A DNA stretch of 64,000 bases from an uncultured Eggerthellaceae bacterium (GTDB lineage: Bacteria; Actinomycetota; Coriobacteriia; Coriobacteriales; Eggerthellaceae): assembly GCA_958454405.1 (NCBI GenBank), contig CAUEBO010000004.1:12736-76735 (forward strand). The letters run 5' to 3'. Under the pieces are notes generated by a model, which was not told the origin of the DNA, searched no databases, and was given only the letters and a program-made list of their open reading frames with translations. The translations under genes and the position numbers were made by a program. Shown one piece after another: positions 1 through 9,752 of the stretch. Positions within the stretch are counted from its first letter, which is position 1, and every line of letters starts with the position of its first letter.

Positions 1-45
1 CGGCCGGGCCGCAGCGGCCCGTTCCCTCGAAAGGACCTCTCTCAT
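1..45 (-). CDS. 5' end of an unidentified gene running off the left edge (partial)
   Basis: ATG at 45..43 on the minus strand, preceded by GGGAGGAA about 6 nt upstream. Only 15 codons are visible. Confidence 0.3.
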   Translation of the reverse strand, partial: MREVLSRERAAAARP

Positions 46-249
46 GACCGTTCCTCCCAACCGGTAAACCACGCGACGCATCTTGCCCCGCCTGCCGCCG
101 CGCTGACGCGCGGTTGCTTTGCGATGGGCTTTTCCGGTTGAGACAATCAGAGAGGTTCCTTATGAAAAAGCTGAACAACAGCGTCGTTCCGCCTGTGCCC
201 GCCTTCCTTTTCGAATGCGATCGGATTGCGAAGGAAGGCAAAACCCCTT

Positions 250-813
250 ATGAAAACAATAGCGTGGCGCGTGGTGCCGGCCGGGGCGCCGGCCGCCCTG
301 CGCCCTTGTGGAAAATGCGGTGCTGACGCGGCGTTCTCGTCAACGGACTCGTTTCGGGTGAACGCCCAGAAGAAACGCTTGGACGTATGGCTCATCTACC
401 GATGCGCGACCTGCGGCGCGGTGTGGAACTGCTCCGTGGCAAGCCGTGCGCGGCCGGGGAGCATCGACGGCGAGGAGCTGGACCGGTTCCTGGGCAACGA
501 CGCCCGGCTGGCGCTTCGATGCTCGCTCGATGCGGGCTTGCTGAAGCGCAACGGCGCGCGGCGGGGTTCGGTGTCCTTCGCCGTCGAGGGGCCCGCACCC
601 GACGACGGCGAGGATTGCCGGGTCGAGATCGACGGCGGGGCCCTTGCGGGCATGCGGCTTGCCGAGGTGCTGCGCAAGAAGCTGGGCGTCTCGCGCAGCG
701 AGCTGGAACACCTGGCGGAGGCGGGGCGTGTGAGCGCCGCCGACGGGACGGACGTGCTTTCGGCCAAGCTCCGGCCGCGCCAAACGGTGCTGGTGCGCGC
801 TTCGTCCCTGTAG
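250..813 (+). CDS. DUF1062-type protein (N-terminal CxxC...CxxC zinc-ribbon-like region, C-terminal S4-like region)
   Basis: MKTIAWRVVP..RPCGKCG..FRVNAQKKRLDVWLIYRCATCGAVWN matches my memory of the DUF1062 family pattern. ATG at 250 sits behind GAAGGAAGG. The track start at 226 is a TTG with no RBS. Confidence 0.6.
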   Translation: MKTIAWRVVPAGAPAALRPCGKCGADAAFSSTDSFRVNAQKKRLDVWLIYRCATCGAVWNCSVASRARPGSIDGEELDRFLGNDARLALRCSLDAGLLKRNGARRGSVSFAVEGPAPDDGEDCRVEIDGGALAGMRLAEVLRKKLGVSRSELEHLAEAGRVSAADGTDVLSAKLRPRQTVLVRASSL

Positions 814-1192
814 CCTGCAGGGCCGGGCTTCCGGGGGCGGCGGGACACCGCCGCCCCTTTCATAGGTTGCGGTCGGGCTTCTGGCGGGCCTGCGCTCGGC
901 GATGGGGGGCGAGCGCAGCCGTCCCGGAAGCGGCACGGCTTCGGAGAGGAGGGCGCCCGCCGGCCTCGCCCCCGGCGTGCCGCCGTGCAAGCTCGCTCTG
1001 GCTGAAATCGGCCGATTGCGAAAATGTCGGGAGCTAATCCTATGGAGATGCTAGAATTTCAAGGAGACGACGACCGATCGTGCGGATCGTCGTGCCGGCA
1101 GGCGAGCCCTTCGGGCTGCCGCGGACGCGCGCCGAAGCGCGCTTGGATGCACGAAGAATACGGCGGATCGGTCGACCGGAAAGGACGGACCC

Positions 1193-1642
1193 ATGCTGGT
1201 TTCAACGAAGGGACGCTACGCGATGCGTCTCATGGTGCGCATCGCCCAGAGCGGCTCCGACGGCAAGGTGTCCCTGCGCGAGGTCTCGGAGGCCGAGGGG
1301 ATCTCGCTCAAATACCTCGAGCAGCTCGTGCGCCCGCTCGTGCGGGCCGGCCTGCTGCGCAGCGTGCGCGGCAAGGGCGGAGGCTACGTGCTGGGAAAGG
1401 ATTCGCGCGAGATCAGGGCGGGCGACGTGCTGCGCGCCGTGGAGGGCACGACGGCGCCCGTGGCCTGCCTGGGGCTCGATGGATCCGTGTCGTGCCCCCG
1501 TTCCGCCGAATGCACCACCGTCCGCTTCTGGACCGGCCTGGACCAGCTGATCGAATCCTATGTGGACGGCGTCACGTTGCACGATCTGGCAGAATCCGGA
1601 TCGGCAGAAACTGCCGCGAAAGCGTGGGCAACGGGCTTGTGA
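1193..1642 (+). CDS. Rrf2 family transcriptional regulator with three clustered Cys (probable Fe-S sensing)
   Basis: N-terminus MLVSTKGRYAMRLMVRIA plus a winged-helix pattern. C-terminal VAC..8..C..5..C cluster. RBS GGAAAGGA. Confidence 0.85.
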   Translation: MLVSTKGRYAMRLMVRIAQSGSDGKVSLREVSEAEGISLKYLEQLVRPLVRAGLLRSVRGKGGGYVLGKDSREIRAGDVLRAVEGTTAPVACLGLDGSVSCPRSAECTTVRFWTGLDQLIESYVDGVTLHDLAESGSAETAAKAWATGL

Positions 1643-1745
1643 CGGCGCCGCTACGGCTCGTCTCATATTGAGCCGCGCGGGTTCGCGGCTTGAGGGCGGC
1701 CCATACAATGACCGGATGGCATATCGGTTGTTGCAAAGGAGTCGC

Positions 1746-3290
1746 ATGGAACGGGTTGTCGTGGTAGGTGCGGGGGCGAGCGGCTTGGCGGCGGCCATCC
1801 GCCTGCGGATCGCCGGGTACGAGGTTGCGCTGTACGAGAAGGAACCCCAGGTGGGCGGCAAGATGAACCGCATCAGCGAAGAAGGGTTCACCTTCGACGT
1901 GGGCCCCACCATCGTGATGATGCCCGAGCTGTACCGCGAGGTGTTCGAGCTTGCCGGGCGCGACCCGGACGACTACGTGCCCATGGTCGCGGTGGAGCCG
2001 CTCATGGACATCGGCTTCTCGGCCGACGAGCGGGTCGTGCTCTCGAACAACCTCGCCGACATCGTGGCCAGCCTGGAAGCGGTGAGCGAGGAGGACGCGC
2101 AGGGCTATCTGGAGTACCTCGGCGTGCTGTACAAGCGCTTCCTCATCGCGAAGAACAACTTCCTGGAGCGCTCGTTTCGCGGACCGCTCGATTTCTACAA
2201 TCCGAAGAGCCTGCTGGCCGGGCTGCGCCTGCACACTCTGGGCGACGCCTACTCGTCGGTTTCGCGCTACGTGAAGGACGATCGGCTGCGCAAGTCGCTC
2301 GCGTTCCAGACCCTCTACATCGGCATCTCGCCCTACGAAGGGCCGTCTCTGTACATGATCATCCCGATGATCGAGCTCCTCTACGGCGTGTGGTTCATGC
2401 CGGGCGGCATGTACGCCATGGCGGACGGGATGGCGAGGCTCTTCGAGGAGCTGGGAGGCCGGCTGCACACGTCGTCGCCCGTCGAGGAGATCGTCGTGCG
2501 CGGCGGGCGGGCGAGGGGCGTGATGGTGGGCGGCGAGCTGCACGAGGCCGATGCCGTCGTCTGCGCCGCCGACTTCCCCTACGCCATGAAGGAGCTGGTG
2601 AAAGACGGGCGCGTGCGCGGCGGGTACACCGATGCCAAGATAGACGCGATGGAGTACTCCTGCTCGTGCTTCGTGCTGTACCTGGGCCTGGACAAGCAGT
2701 ATCCGGTGGACTCGCTTCACTCCATCAGGTTCGCGGCCGATTTCAAGAAGAACATCGCGGACATCTTCGACGACGGGCGCTTTCCCGACGACCCTTCCTT
2801 CTACCTGTACGCGCCCTCCTTGGCGGACCCGGCGCTTGCGCCCGAAGGCATGCAGGGCCTCTACGTGCTGGTGCCGGTTCCGTGCTTGTCGGACGGCGGG
2901 CCCGGCTGGACGGATGAGGACGTGGCGGCCCGGCGCGACGAGGTGCTGGACCTGGTGGAGCGGGAGACGGCCTACGCGGACGTGCGGGACCATATCGTGT
3001 ACGAGAAGGCGTACACGCCCGTCGACTTCGCCGAACGGTTCAACGCCTACCGCGGTGCGACGTTCGGGCTGCGGCCGACGCTTCTGCAGAGCAACTATTG
3101 GCGGCCCCACAACAAGGCCGAGCATTGCAAGGGCCTGTACTTCTGCGGGAGCAGCACGCATCCGGGCGCGGGCGTGCCCATCGTGCTGTTGAGCGCGCGG
3201 CTGGCCGTCGACGAGCTGATGCGCGACGACCGAGCGCGCACAAGGCGCGCGGGAAGCGCCGCGGCGCGCGGGAACGGAGGCGCGCGATGA
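1746..3290 (+). CDS. crtN: CrtN/CrtI-type FAD-dependent desaturase (4,4'-diapophytoene desaturase-like)
   Basis: VVVVGAGASGLAAA dinucleotide fold, FTFDVGPTIVMMPE, AFQTLYIGISP, and C-terminal STHPGAGVPIVLLSA closely parallel staphylococcal CrtN as I recall it. RBS AAAGGAG lies before ATG 1746. Confidence 0.8.
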   Translation: MERVVVVGAGASGLAAAIRLRIAGYEVALYEKEPQVGGKMNRISEEGFTFDVGPTIVMMPELYREVFELAGRDPDDYVPMVAVEPLMDIGFSADERVVLSNNLADIVASLEAVSEEDAQGYLEYLGVLYKRFLIAKNNFLERSFRGPLDFYNPKSLLAGLRLHTLGDAYSSVSRYVKDDRLRKSLAFQTLYIGISPYEGPSLYMIIPMIELLYGVWFMPGGMYAMADGMARLFEELGGRLHTSSPVEEIVVRGGRARGVMVGGELHEADAVVCAADFPYAMKELVKDGRVRGGYTDAKIDAMEYSCSCFVLYLGLDKQYPVDSLHSIRFAADFKKNIADIFDDGRFPDDPSFYLYAPSLADPALAPEGMQGLYVLVPVPCLSDGGPGWTDEDVAARRDEVLDLVERETAYADVRDHIVYEKAYTPVDFAERFNAYRGATFGLRPTLLQSNYWRPHNKAEHCKGLYFCGSSTHPGAGVPIVLLSARLAVDELMRDDRARTRRAGSAAARGNGGAR

Positions 3291-4174
3291 CCATGCTGCG
3301 CAACCGGTTCGAGGAACGCGCCGAGGATTTCGCCTGGTGCGAGCGCGTCATCCAACGCAACTCGAAGAGCTTCTACCGGGCGTTCTCGCAGCTGCCGAGC
3401 AGAAAGCGGCAGGGCGTGTTCGCGATCTACGCCTTCTGCCGCTTCGCGGACGATTGCGTCGACCGCGATGCGAGCCGCGCCATGCTGGACGACCTGGCCG
3501 TGGAATTCGAGCGGTTTTGCGCCGCGGATGCGCCCGACAAGCCCTTGTGGCGCGCGCTGGACGCGGTGTTCGAGAGCTTCGACATGGACGAGCGGCCCTT
3601 CTTGGACATGCTGGAGGGGCAGCGGCGCGACTTGGACTTCCAGCAGCCTGAGACCATGGAGGACCTGGAAGACTACGCCTACTACGTGGCGGGGTCGGTG
3701 GGGCTCATGCTGCTGCCGATCCTGCATGCCGAATCGGCGGCTGATGCGTCGCTGCGCGCGAGCGCGATGGCGCTGGGCGTGGCCATGCAGCTGACGAACA
3801 TCCTGCGCGACGTTGGCGAGGACCGGGAGAACGGGCGTGTGTACCTGCCGGCGCAGGTGTTGGAGGAGGCCGCGTGCCCGCCTGAGCGGCTGTGCGGACG
3901 GCGGGCGGACGCGGCGTTCGTCCGCGCATGGGAGCGGGTGGCGCGCCGCTCCGAAGAGCTGTACCTGCCCATGCAACGCGATGCGATCCGGCTCGACGAG
4001 GACAGCAGGCTCCCCACGCTCTCGTCGCTGTTTTTGTACCGCGGCATCCTGGACCAGGTGCGCGCCGACGGCTACGCCTGCCTTGAGCGGCGGAGCGCCG
4101 TGTCGAAAGAGCGCGCCGCGCAGCTGGTGGGGCAGGCGGCGGCGCTGCTGGCAGGGGAAGGCTCCGCGCGCTGA
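3287..4174 (+). CDS. crtM: Squalene/phytoene synthase family protein (dehydrosqualene synthase CrtM-like)
   Basis: NSKSFYRAFSQLP, FAIYAFCRFADDCVD (first DxxxD region), and QLTNILRDVGEDRENGRVYLP. The ATG overlaps the crtN stop (ATGA at 3287-3290), indicating translational coupling. Confidence 0.8.
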   Translation: MTMLRNRFEERAEDFAWCERVIQRNSKSFYRAFSQLPSRKRQGVFAIYAFCRFADDCVDRDASRAMLDDLAVEFERFCAADAPDKPLWRALDAVFESFDMDERPFLDMLEGQRRDLDFQQPETMEDLEDYAYYVAGSVGLMLLPILHAESAADASLRASAMALGVAMQLTNILRDVGEDRENGRVYLPAQVLEEAACPPERLCGRRADAAFVRAWERVARRSEELYLPMQRDAIRLDEDSRLPTLSSLFLYRGILDQVRADGYACLERRSAVSKERAAQLVGQAAALLAGEGSAR

Positions 4175-4266
4175 GGCATTCCGCCCTGCCGCGCGCTCCG
4201 AGGTCCGGCGCATGCGGTATCATGGGCTGCGTTCATGAAGGCGACGGGTGGAACGGCGGAGGATCT

Positions 4267-7200
4267 ATGGCGGCAGCGAACGGCTCATCTGCTTCCGAGG
4301 CGCTCGGGCGGTTCTTGCCGGCGGTGCGGGACTGGTTCTTGGAAACGTTCGACGCCCCCACGCCGGTGCAGGAGGCGGCGTGGGCGGCCGTCGAAGGCGG
4401 CGAGAACGCGCTCGCCATCGCGCCGACGGGTTCGGGCAAGACGCTGGCGGCGTTCTTGTTCGCCATCGACGCGCTCATGCGCGAGAAAGCGGGCGGGGCT
4501 TCTCGGCGCGCAGGCGCTTCGGAGGCGCGGCCTTCGAAAGGCGTGCGCGTGCTGTACGTGTCGCCGCTCAAGGCGCTGGGAGCGGACGTGGAGCGGAACC
4601 TGCAGGCGCCCCTCGCGGGCATCGCCGAGAGGCTGGCGGCCCGCGGCGAGGGCTCCCCGCAGGTTCGCACGGGCATGCGCACCGGAGACACCGCCCCCGA
4701 CGCGCGCCGCGCGCTGACGCGCAACCCGCCGGACATCCTCATCACCACGCCCGAATCGCTCTATCTCATGCTGACGTCGAAGGCGCGCGAGACGCTGCGC
4801 ACCGTGGAGACGGTCATCGTCGACGAAGTGCATGCGCTTGCGGGCGACAAGCGGGGCGCGCACCTGGCCTTGAGCCTGGAGCGGCTGGACGACCTGCTGG
4901 AGCGTCCGGCGCAGCGCGTCGGGTTGTCGGCCACGGTGCGGCCGCGCGAGGAGGCGGCGCGCTTCCTGGGCGGCCCCCATCCCGTGCGCGTCATCGCGGC
5001 GGGGGACCGGCCCGACGTGGACGTGCGGGTGAGCGTGCCGGTACGCGACATGACCGCCGTGCCTGCGTTCGGCGGCTTCGGGGCCCCTGCGGCCGCTTCC
5101 GCGCGCTCGGGCGGGCGCGGCGGCCCGCGCCGCGCCCCGGCGGAGGAAGCGTGGAAATCCGATCGGGCGCTGCGGCGCGCGATGGCGCAGGACGCTCCCT
5201 CCGCGGGCCCCCCGACCCCGGACAGCCGCTTGGGGTCGTCGTCCATCTGGCCCTACATCGAAGCGGCCATCCTCGACGAGGTGCTCGCGCACCGCACCAC
5301 CATCGTGTTCGTGAACTCGCGCGGTTTGTGCGAGAAGCTGACCGCGCGGCTGAACGAGCTGTACGCGAGCCGGAACGGGGGCGCCGGGTCGTCGGCCGGC
5401 TTGGGCGAAGGCGCCCTCGACGACGCCTCCCCGCGCGTTTCGTCCCCGATCCGCTCCGACATGGGCTCCACGAGCGAGCTTGCCCAAGGCGCCCCCGACA
5501 TCATCGCGAAGGCGCATCACGGCTCGGTGTCGAAGGAGAAGCGCCTGCAGGTGGAGCGCGAGCTGAAGCGCGGGGAGCTGCCGTGCGTGGTGGCCACGTC
5601 CAGCTTGGAGCTGGGCATCGACATGGGGTCGATCGACCTCGTGCTGCAGGTGGCGGCCCCTCCCTCGGTGGCCAGCGGGCTGCAGCGCATCGGACGCGCG
5701 AACCACCGGGTGGGGGGCAGGCCCAGCGGCATCGTCTACCCACGCACGCGCACCGAGGTCGTCGACGCGGCCGTGGCGGCCGAAGGCATGCGGGAAGGCG
5801 CCATCGAGGCGACGTCGATGGCGCGCAACCCGCTCGACGTGCTCTCGCAGCAGACGGTGGCGGCCGTGTCGATGGACGAGCGGACCGCCGACGAATGGTA
5901 TCGGACGGTGCGCCGCGCCGCGCCGTTCTCGGATCTGCCCCGCAGCGCGTTCGATGCGGTGCTGGACATGCTGGCGGGCCGGTATTCGTCGGGAGACCTG
6001 TCGGACTTCGCGCCGCGCATCGTATGGGACCGCGAGCGCGGCACGCTGGCGCCGCGGCCCGGCGCGCAGCGGCAGGCGGTGACGGCGGCGGGCACCATCC
6101 CCGATCGCGGCATGTTCTCGGTCGTGCTGCCCGAGGGGGACGGCAACGAGGGGCGCCGCCGCGTGGGCGAGCTGGACGAGGAGATGGTGTACGAATCGCG
6201 CGTGGGCGACGTCATCGCGCTCGGCACCAGCTCGTGGCGCATCCGCGAGATCACGCGCGACCGCGTGATCGTGGAGCCGGCGCCGGGGCGCAGCGCGCGG
6301 CTGCCGTTCTGGCACGGCGAAGGCGTCGGACGTCCTGCCGAGGATGCGCGGCCGCGCGGCCGGTTTTTGCGGGCGGTCGTGGCCGGCTTGGAGGAGGGCG
6401 GCTGCGAAGCGGACGGCGCGGAGGGAGCGGGCGATGCTCTGCCGAAGGCCGGTTCCGCTCTGCGCGAGCGGCTCGCCGCCGACGGGCTGGACGAGGACGC
6501 GCAGCGCAATCTGGTCGCGCTCGTGCGCGCGCAGCGAGAGGCGACCGGCGCCGTGCCCGACGACCGAACGCTCGTGGTCGAGCGCTGCGAGGACGAAACG
6601 GGCGACTGGCGCGTCATCCTGCACTCGCCGTACGGGCGCCGCGTGCACGAGCCATGGGCGATGGCGGTGTCCCATCGCATCTCGCTCGCGATGGGCTTCG
6701 ACGCGCAGGTCATGGCGGCCGACGACGGCATCGTGGTGCGCATCCCCATGACCGAGACGCGCCTGCCGGGCGCGGAGCTGTTCGCGTTCGACCCTGACGA
6801 GCTCGAGCGCATCGTGCGCGGCGGCATAGACGCAACGGCGCTCTTCGCCGCGCGGTTCCGCGAATGCGCCGCGCGCGCTCTGCTCATGTCGCCGGTGGCT
6901 CCGGGCAAGCGCGCGCCGCTGTGGCAGCAGCGCCTGAAGGCCGGCCAGCTTCTGGAGGCCGCGCGCGCCGAGCCTGGATTCCCCATCTTGCTGGAGGCCG
7001 CGCGCGAGTGCCTGCAGGATGTGTACGACATGGGCTCGCTCCGCGCGCTCATGGAGGACGTGCGCAACGGCTCGGTCCGCTTCGTCGAAGCGCAGACGGC
7101 GGTGCCGTCCCCGTTCGCCGCGCCGATGCTGTTCGGCTACGTGGGAGAGCACCTGTACCAGGGGGATCTCCCGCATGCCGAGCGCCAGGCGTCGCTGCTC

Positions 7201-9591
7201 TCGCTCGATCCGAAGCTGCTCGGCGAGCTTCTGGGGTCGGCGGACATGGGGGAGCTGCTCGATGCCGACGTGGTGCGCACGGTGGAGGCGCGCTTGCAGC
7301 GGACGGATCCCGACCGGCGGGCGCATGCCGACGCCGAGGGCGCGGCCGACCTGCTGCGCGCGCTTGGGCCGCTGTCGGCCGAGGAGGCGGCTTCGCGCAT
7401 GGATCCGATCGGCAAAGACGCCGGCGATCTTCCTGCCGATGCGGGCCCGTCGGGCGAAGGGGCCTTGGGCGGCGAAGCCCCTTCCGCGACGGTGCAGGAA
7501 GCGCGCGCGGCGTTCGACGATCTGAGGCGCGCGAAGCGCGCGTTCGCGGTCACGATAGGCGGAACGCGGTTATGGGCGTCCGTCGAGGACGCCGGCCGTC
7601 TGCGCGACGCCCTGGGCGCGGCCGTTCCGGCTTGGGTGCCGAAGACGTTCCTGGAGGCGCCGGGCCCCTCCGAGGGCCGCGCTCCCTTGGACGACCTCAT
7701 CGCTCGGTACGCACGCACGCACGGACCCTTCTCGACCGCGGCGGCAGCGGCGCGGTTCGGCATCGGGCCGTCGGTCGCGCTCGACGCCTTGCGCCGCCTT
7801 GCCGCGGCGGGGAAGCTGGTGCAGGGGCGCTTCGGGTGCGCAGCCGCCGTCGGGGCTGCGGACAACCGACCGGATGCATGCGGGGGCGCCCTCGAAGACG
7901 AATGGGTGTCCTCCGAGGTGCTCCGGCGGCTGCGGTCCCTCTCGCTCGCCAAGGCGCGGTCCCAGGTGCGGGCCGTGCCCGCCGAGGCGTACGCGCGCTT
8001 CCTGCTCGACCGGCAGGACGTGGGAGCCGACGGCCGGGGAGCGCTCGAGGGCATCGACGGGGTCGCGCAGGTCATCGCCCAGTTCGAGGGCGTGTTCCTG
8101 CCCGCTGCATCGTGGGAGGGCCAGGTGCTGCCCGCCCGCGTGCGCGATTACCGCCCGGCGATGCTGGACGAGCTGCTGTCCTCGGGCGACGTCGTGTGGG
8201 TCGGCGGCCGCCGCGAAGGCGAAGCGGCGGGGCCGGACGGCCGCGCCAAGGCCGCCGCTTCGGCCGGCCTCGTGGCGTTCTACCCGACGGACTCGCCTCT
8301 TGCGCCCGTGCAGGCCGACGTGTCCGAAGACCCCTCCGCCTTCGCTTCGCCTGCGGGGGACGGCCGCGTCGGGAGCCCTTCCGCCCTGCCCGGCCCGGAG
8401 GCCGGCTCCGGGCCGTCTGCGGAGAGGGCCCTTGCCGGGTCCCGACCGACCGTCGAGAGCGCCGTCGTCGATGCGCTGGGCTGCGGCGGCGGCCTGTTCT
8501 TCCGCCAGATCGTGGATGCCGTGCGCCGGCGGCTCGCGCCGGAGCGCATCGACTCGGCAGCCGTCGCCGGCGCGCTGCGGGCGCTTGCGTGGAGCGGTTT
8601 GATTGCGAACGACACGTTCGCGCTCGTCCGGACGGCGGAAGCCGCCGACGCTGCAGGCCGGCGCCATCCCGCTTTGCGGCGTCGGGCCAGCAGTCGCCGG
8701 GGGCGCCGTCTCGTCGATGCGGACGCGACGCGCGGGGCGGGCGTCCAGCCGAGCCGCTCCGAAGCGTTCGCCGGCGAAGACGCGCTGTCCGGCCGATGGT
8801 GGCGGCTCGCGCCGTCGCAGGCGAGCGGAACCGTGCGCGCGGTGGCGACGGTCGAGTCGATCCTCGACCGGTACGGAGTGCTCGCGCGCGACGTCGTGCT
8901 GCTGTCGGGCGTGCCAGGCGGCATGGCGCCCTTGTTCCCGGTGCTGCGCTCGATGGAGGACGCGGGCGACGTGCTGCGCGGCGTGTTCGTGGAGGGCCTG
9001 GGCCCCGCGCAGTTCGCCGCGCGAGAGACCGTGGACCTGCTGCGCGCCTACGCCGCGGGCGAAGACGCGGCGGAGGGGGCGGGAAAGGGCGGTGCCGACC
9101 CCGCCACGCAAGGGGGTTTTCCCGGCGGGGCCGGCGGCCTGCGAGACGGGTTCGCCGTCCTGTCCGCGGACGATCCTGCCAGCCTGTTCGGCGCCGGCAT
9201 GCCGTGGCCGCCCGTGGCGTTCGGAGCTTGCGGGCAGTCCGCCCGGCCCGAAACCCTCTCGCAAACCGCGCGTCCAACGCGCCGTCCCGGAAGCCTCGTC
9301 GTGCTGCTGGACGGCAGGCCGGTCCTGCACGCGACGGCGGGCTTGCGCGCCGTCCTGGCCTTCGCCTCGGACGAGCGCGTGCTCGCCGATGCCGCCGCCG
9401 CCCTCGTCGGGCACGTCGCGCGCGCCCTCAGGCGAGCGGGCGGCGAAGGCGCTCGCAGGAAGGTCGTCGTCGAGACGTTCAACGGCCAGCCCGTCCTGGC
9501 CACGCCGTTCGCCGATATCCTGCAGGAGGCCGGCCTCGTGCGCCTTCCCGACGGCATGCGCCTCTACATCGATCCCTTCGCGCGCGCCTGA
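4267..9591 (+). CDS. lhr: Lhr-family large ATP-dependent DEAD/DEAH helicase (1774 aa)
   Basis: PTPVQEAAW, Walker A APTGSGKT, DEVH box, HHGSVSKEKR, and a long Lhr-type C-terminal extension. RBS GGAGGA lies before ATG 4267. Several Ala/Gly/Arg/Ser low-complexity insertions. Confidence 0.85.
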   Translation: MAAANGSSASEALGRFLPAVRDWFLETFDAPTPVQEAAWAAVEGGENALAIAPTGSGKTLAAFLFAIDALMREKAGGASRRAGASEARPSKGVRVLYVSPLKALGADVERNLQAPLAGIAERLAARGEGSPQVRTGMRTGDTAPDARRALTRNPPDILITTPESLYLMLTSKARETLRTVETVIVDEVHALAGDKRGAHLALSLERLDDLLERPAQRVGLSATVRPREEAARFLGGPHPVRVIAAGDRPDVDVRVSVPVRDMTAVPAFGGFGAPAAASARSGGRGGPRRAPAEEAWKSDRALRRAMAQDAPSAGPPTPDSRLGSSSIWPYIEAAILDEVLAHRTTIVFVNSRGLCEKLTARLNELYASRNGGAGSSAGLGEGALDDASPRVSSPIRSDMGSTSELAQGAPDIIAKAHHGSVSKEKRLQVERELKRGELPCVVATSSLELGIDMGSIDLVLQVAAPPSVASGLQRIGRANHRVGGRPSGIVYPRTRTEVVDAAVAAEGMREGAIEATSMARNPLDVLSQQTVAAVSMDERTADEWYRTVRRAAPFSDLPRSAFDAVLDMLAGRYSSGDLSDFAPRIVWDRERGTLAPRPGAQRQAVTAAGTIPDRGMFSVVLPEGDGNEGRRRVGELDEEMVYESRVGDVIALGTSSWRIREITRDRVIVEPAPGRSARLPFWHGEGVGRPAEDARPRGRFLRAVVAGLEEGGCEADGAEGAGDALPKAGSALRERLAADGLDEDAQRNLVALVRAQREATGAVPDDRTLVVERCEDETGDWRVILHSPYGRRVHEPWAMAVSHRISLAMGFDAQVMAADDGIVVRIPMTETRLPGAELFAFDPDELERIVRGGIDATALFAARFRECAARALLMSPVAPGKRAPLWQQRLKAGQLLEAARAEPGFPILLEAARECLQDVYDMGSLRALMEDVRNGSVRFVEAQTAVPSPFAAPMLFGYVGEHLYQGDLPHAERQASLLSLDPKLLGELLGSADMGELLDADVVRTVEARLQRTDPDRRAHADAEGAADLLRALGPLSAEEAASRMDPIGKDAGDLPADAGPSGEGALGGEAPSATVQEARAAFDDLRRAKRAFAVTIGGTRLWASVEDAGRLRDALGAAVPAWVPKTFLEAPGPSEGRAPLDDLIARYARTHGPFSTAAAAARFGIGPSVALDALRRLAAAGKLVQGRFGCAAAVGAADNRPDACGGALEDEWVSSEVLRRLRSLSLAKARSQVRAVPAEAYARFLLDRQDVGADGRGALEGIDGVAQVIAQFEGVFLPAASWEGQVLPARVRDYRPAMLDELLSSGDVVWVGGRREGEAAGPDGRAKAAASAGLVAFYPTDSPLAPVQADVSEDPSAFASPAGDGRVGSPSALPGPEAGSGPSAERALAGSRPTVESAVVDALGCGGGLFFRQIVDAVRRRLAPERIDSAAVAGALRALAWSGLIANDTFALVRTAEAADAAGRRHPALRRRASSRRGRRLVDADATRGAGVQPSRSEAFAGEDALSGRWWRLAPSQASGTVRAVATVESILDRYGVLARDVVLLSGVPGGMAPLFPVLRSMEDAGDVLRGVFVEGLGPAQFAARETVDLLRAYAAGEDAAEGAGKGGADPATQGGFPGGAGGLRDGFAVLSADDPASLFGAGMPWPPVAFGACGQSARPETLSQTARPTRRPGSLVVLLDGRPVLHATAGLRAVLAFASDERVLADAAAALVGHVARALRRAGGEGARRKVVVETFNGQPVLATPFADILQEAGLVRLPDGMRLYIDPFARA

Positions 9592-9752
9592 GCGGCGCAT
9601 AGGGCGATTCGTTGGACGTTGTATGACCGGACGATAACGTTTGCATGGAGGCCATGGCCCCGCCATACCTTTGGAGTATGTTCGGCTTCGAACCTATGGG
9701 TCGCCCGGCGTCGCTCGGGCGAGGGCACGAAGCCGAAGCGGGGAGGACGTTC

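Noticed and set aside
4285-7326. Very long antisense ORFs: 1013 aa opposite lhr; likewise 1572..3161 opposite crtN, 41288..43246 opposite ettA, 47422..49245 opposite the purF-like gene, 51064..53763 opposite HD-HelD, and 21443..23812.
   Set aside because: They have Arg/Ala/Gly/His-rich composition, no recognisable motifs and no RBS. They fully overlap genes with clear family signatures. These are the typical shadow ORFs of a high-GC genome with few stop codons.
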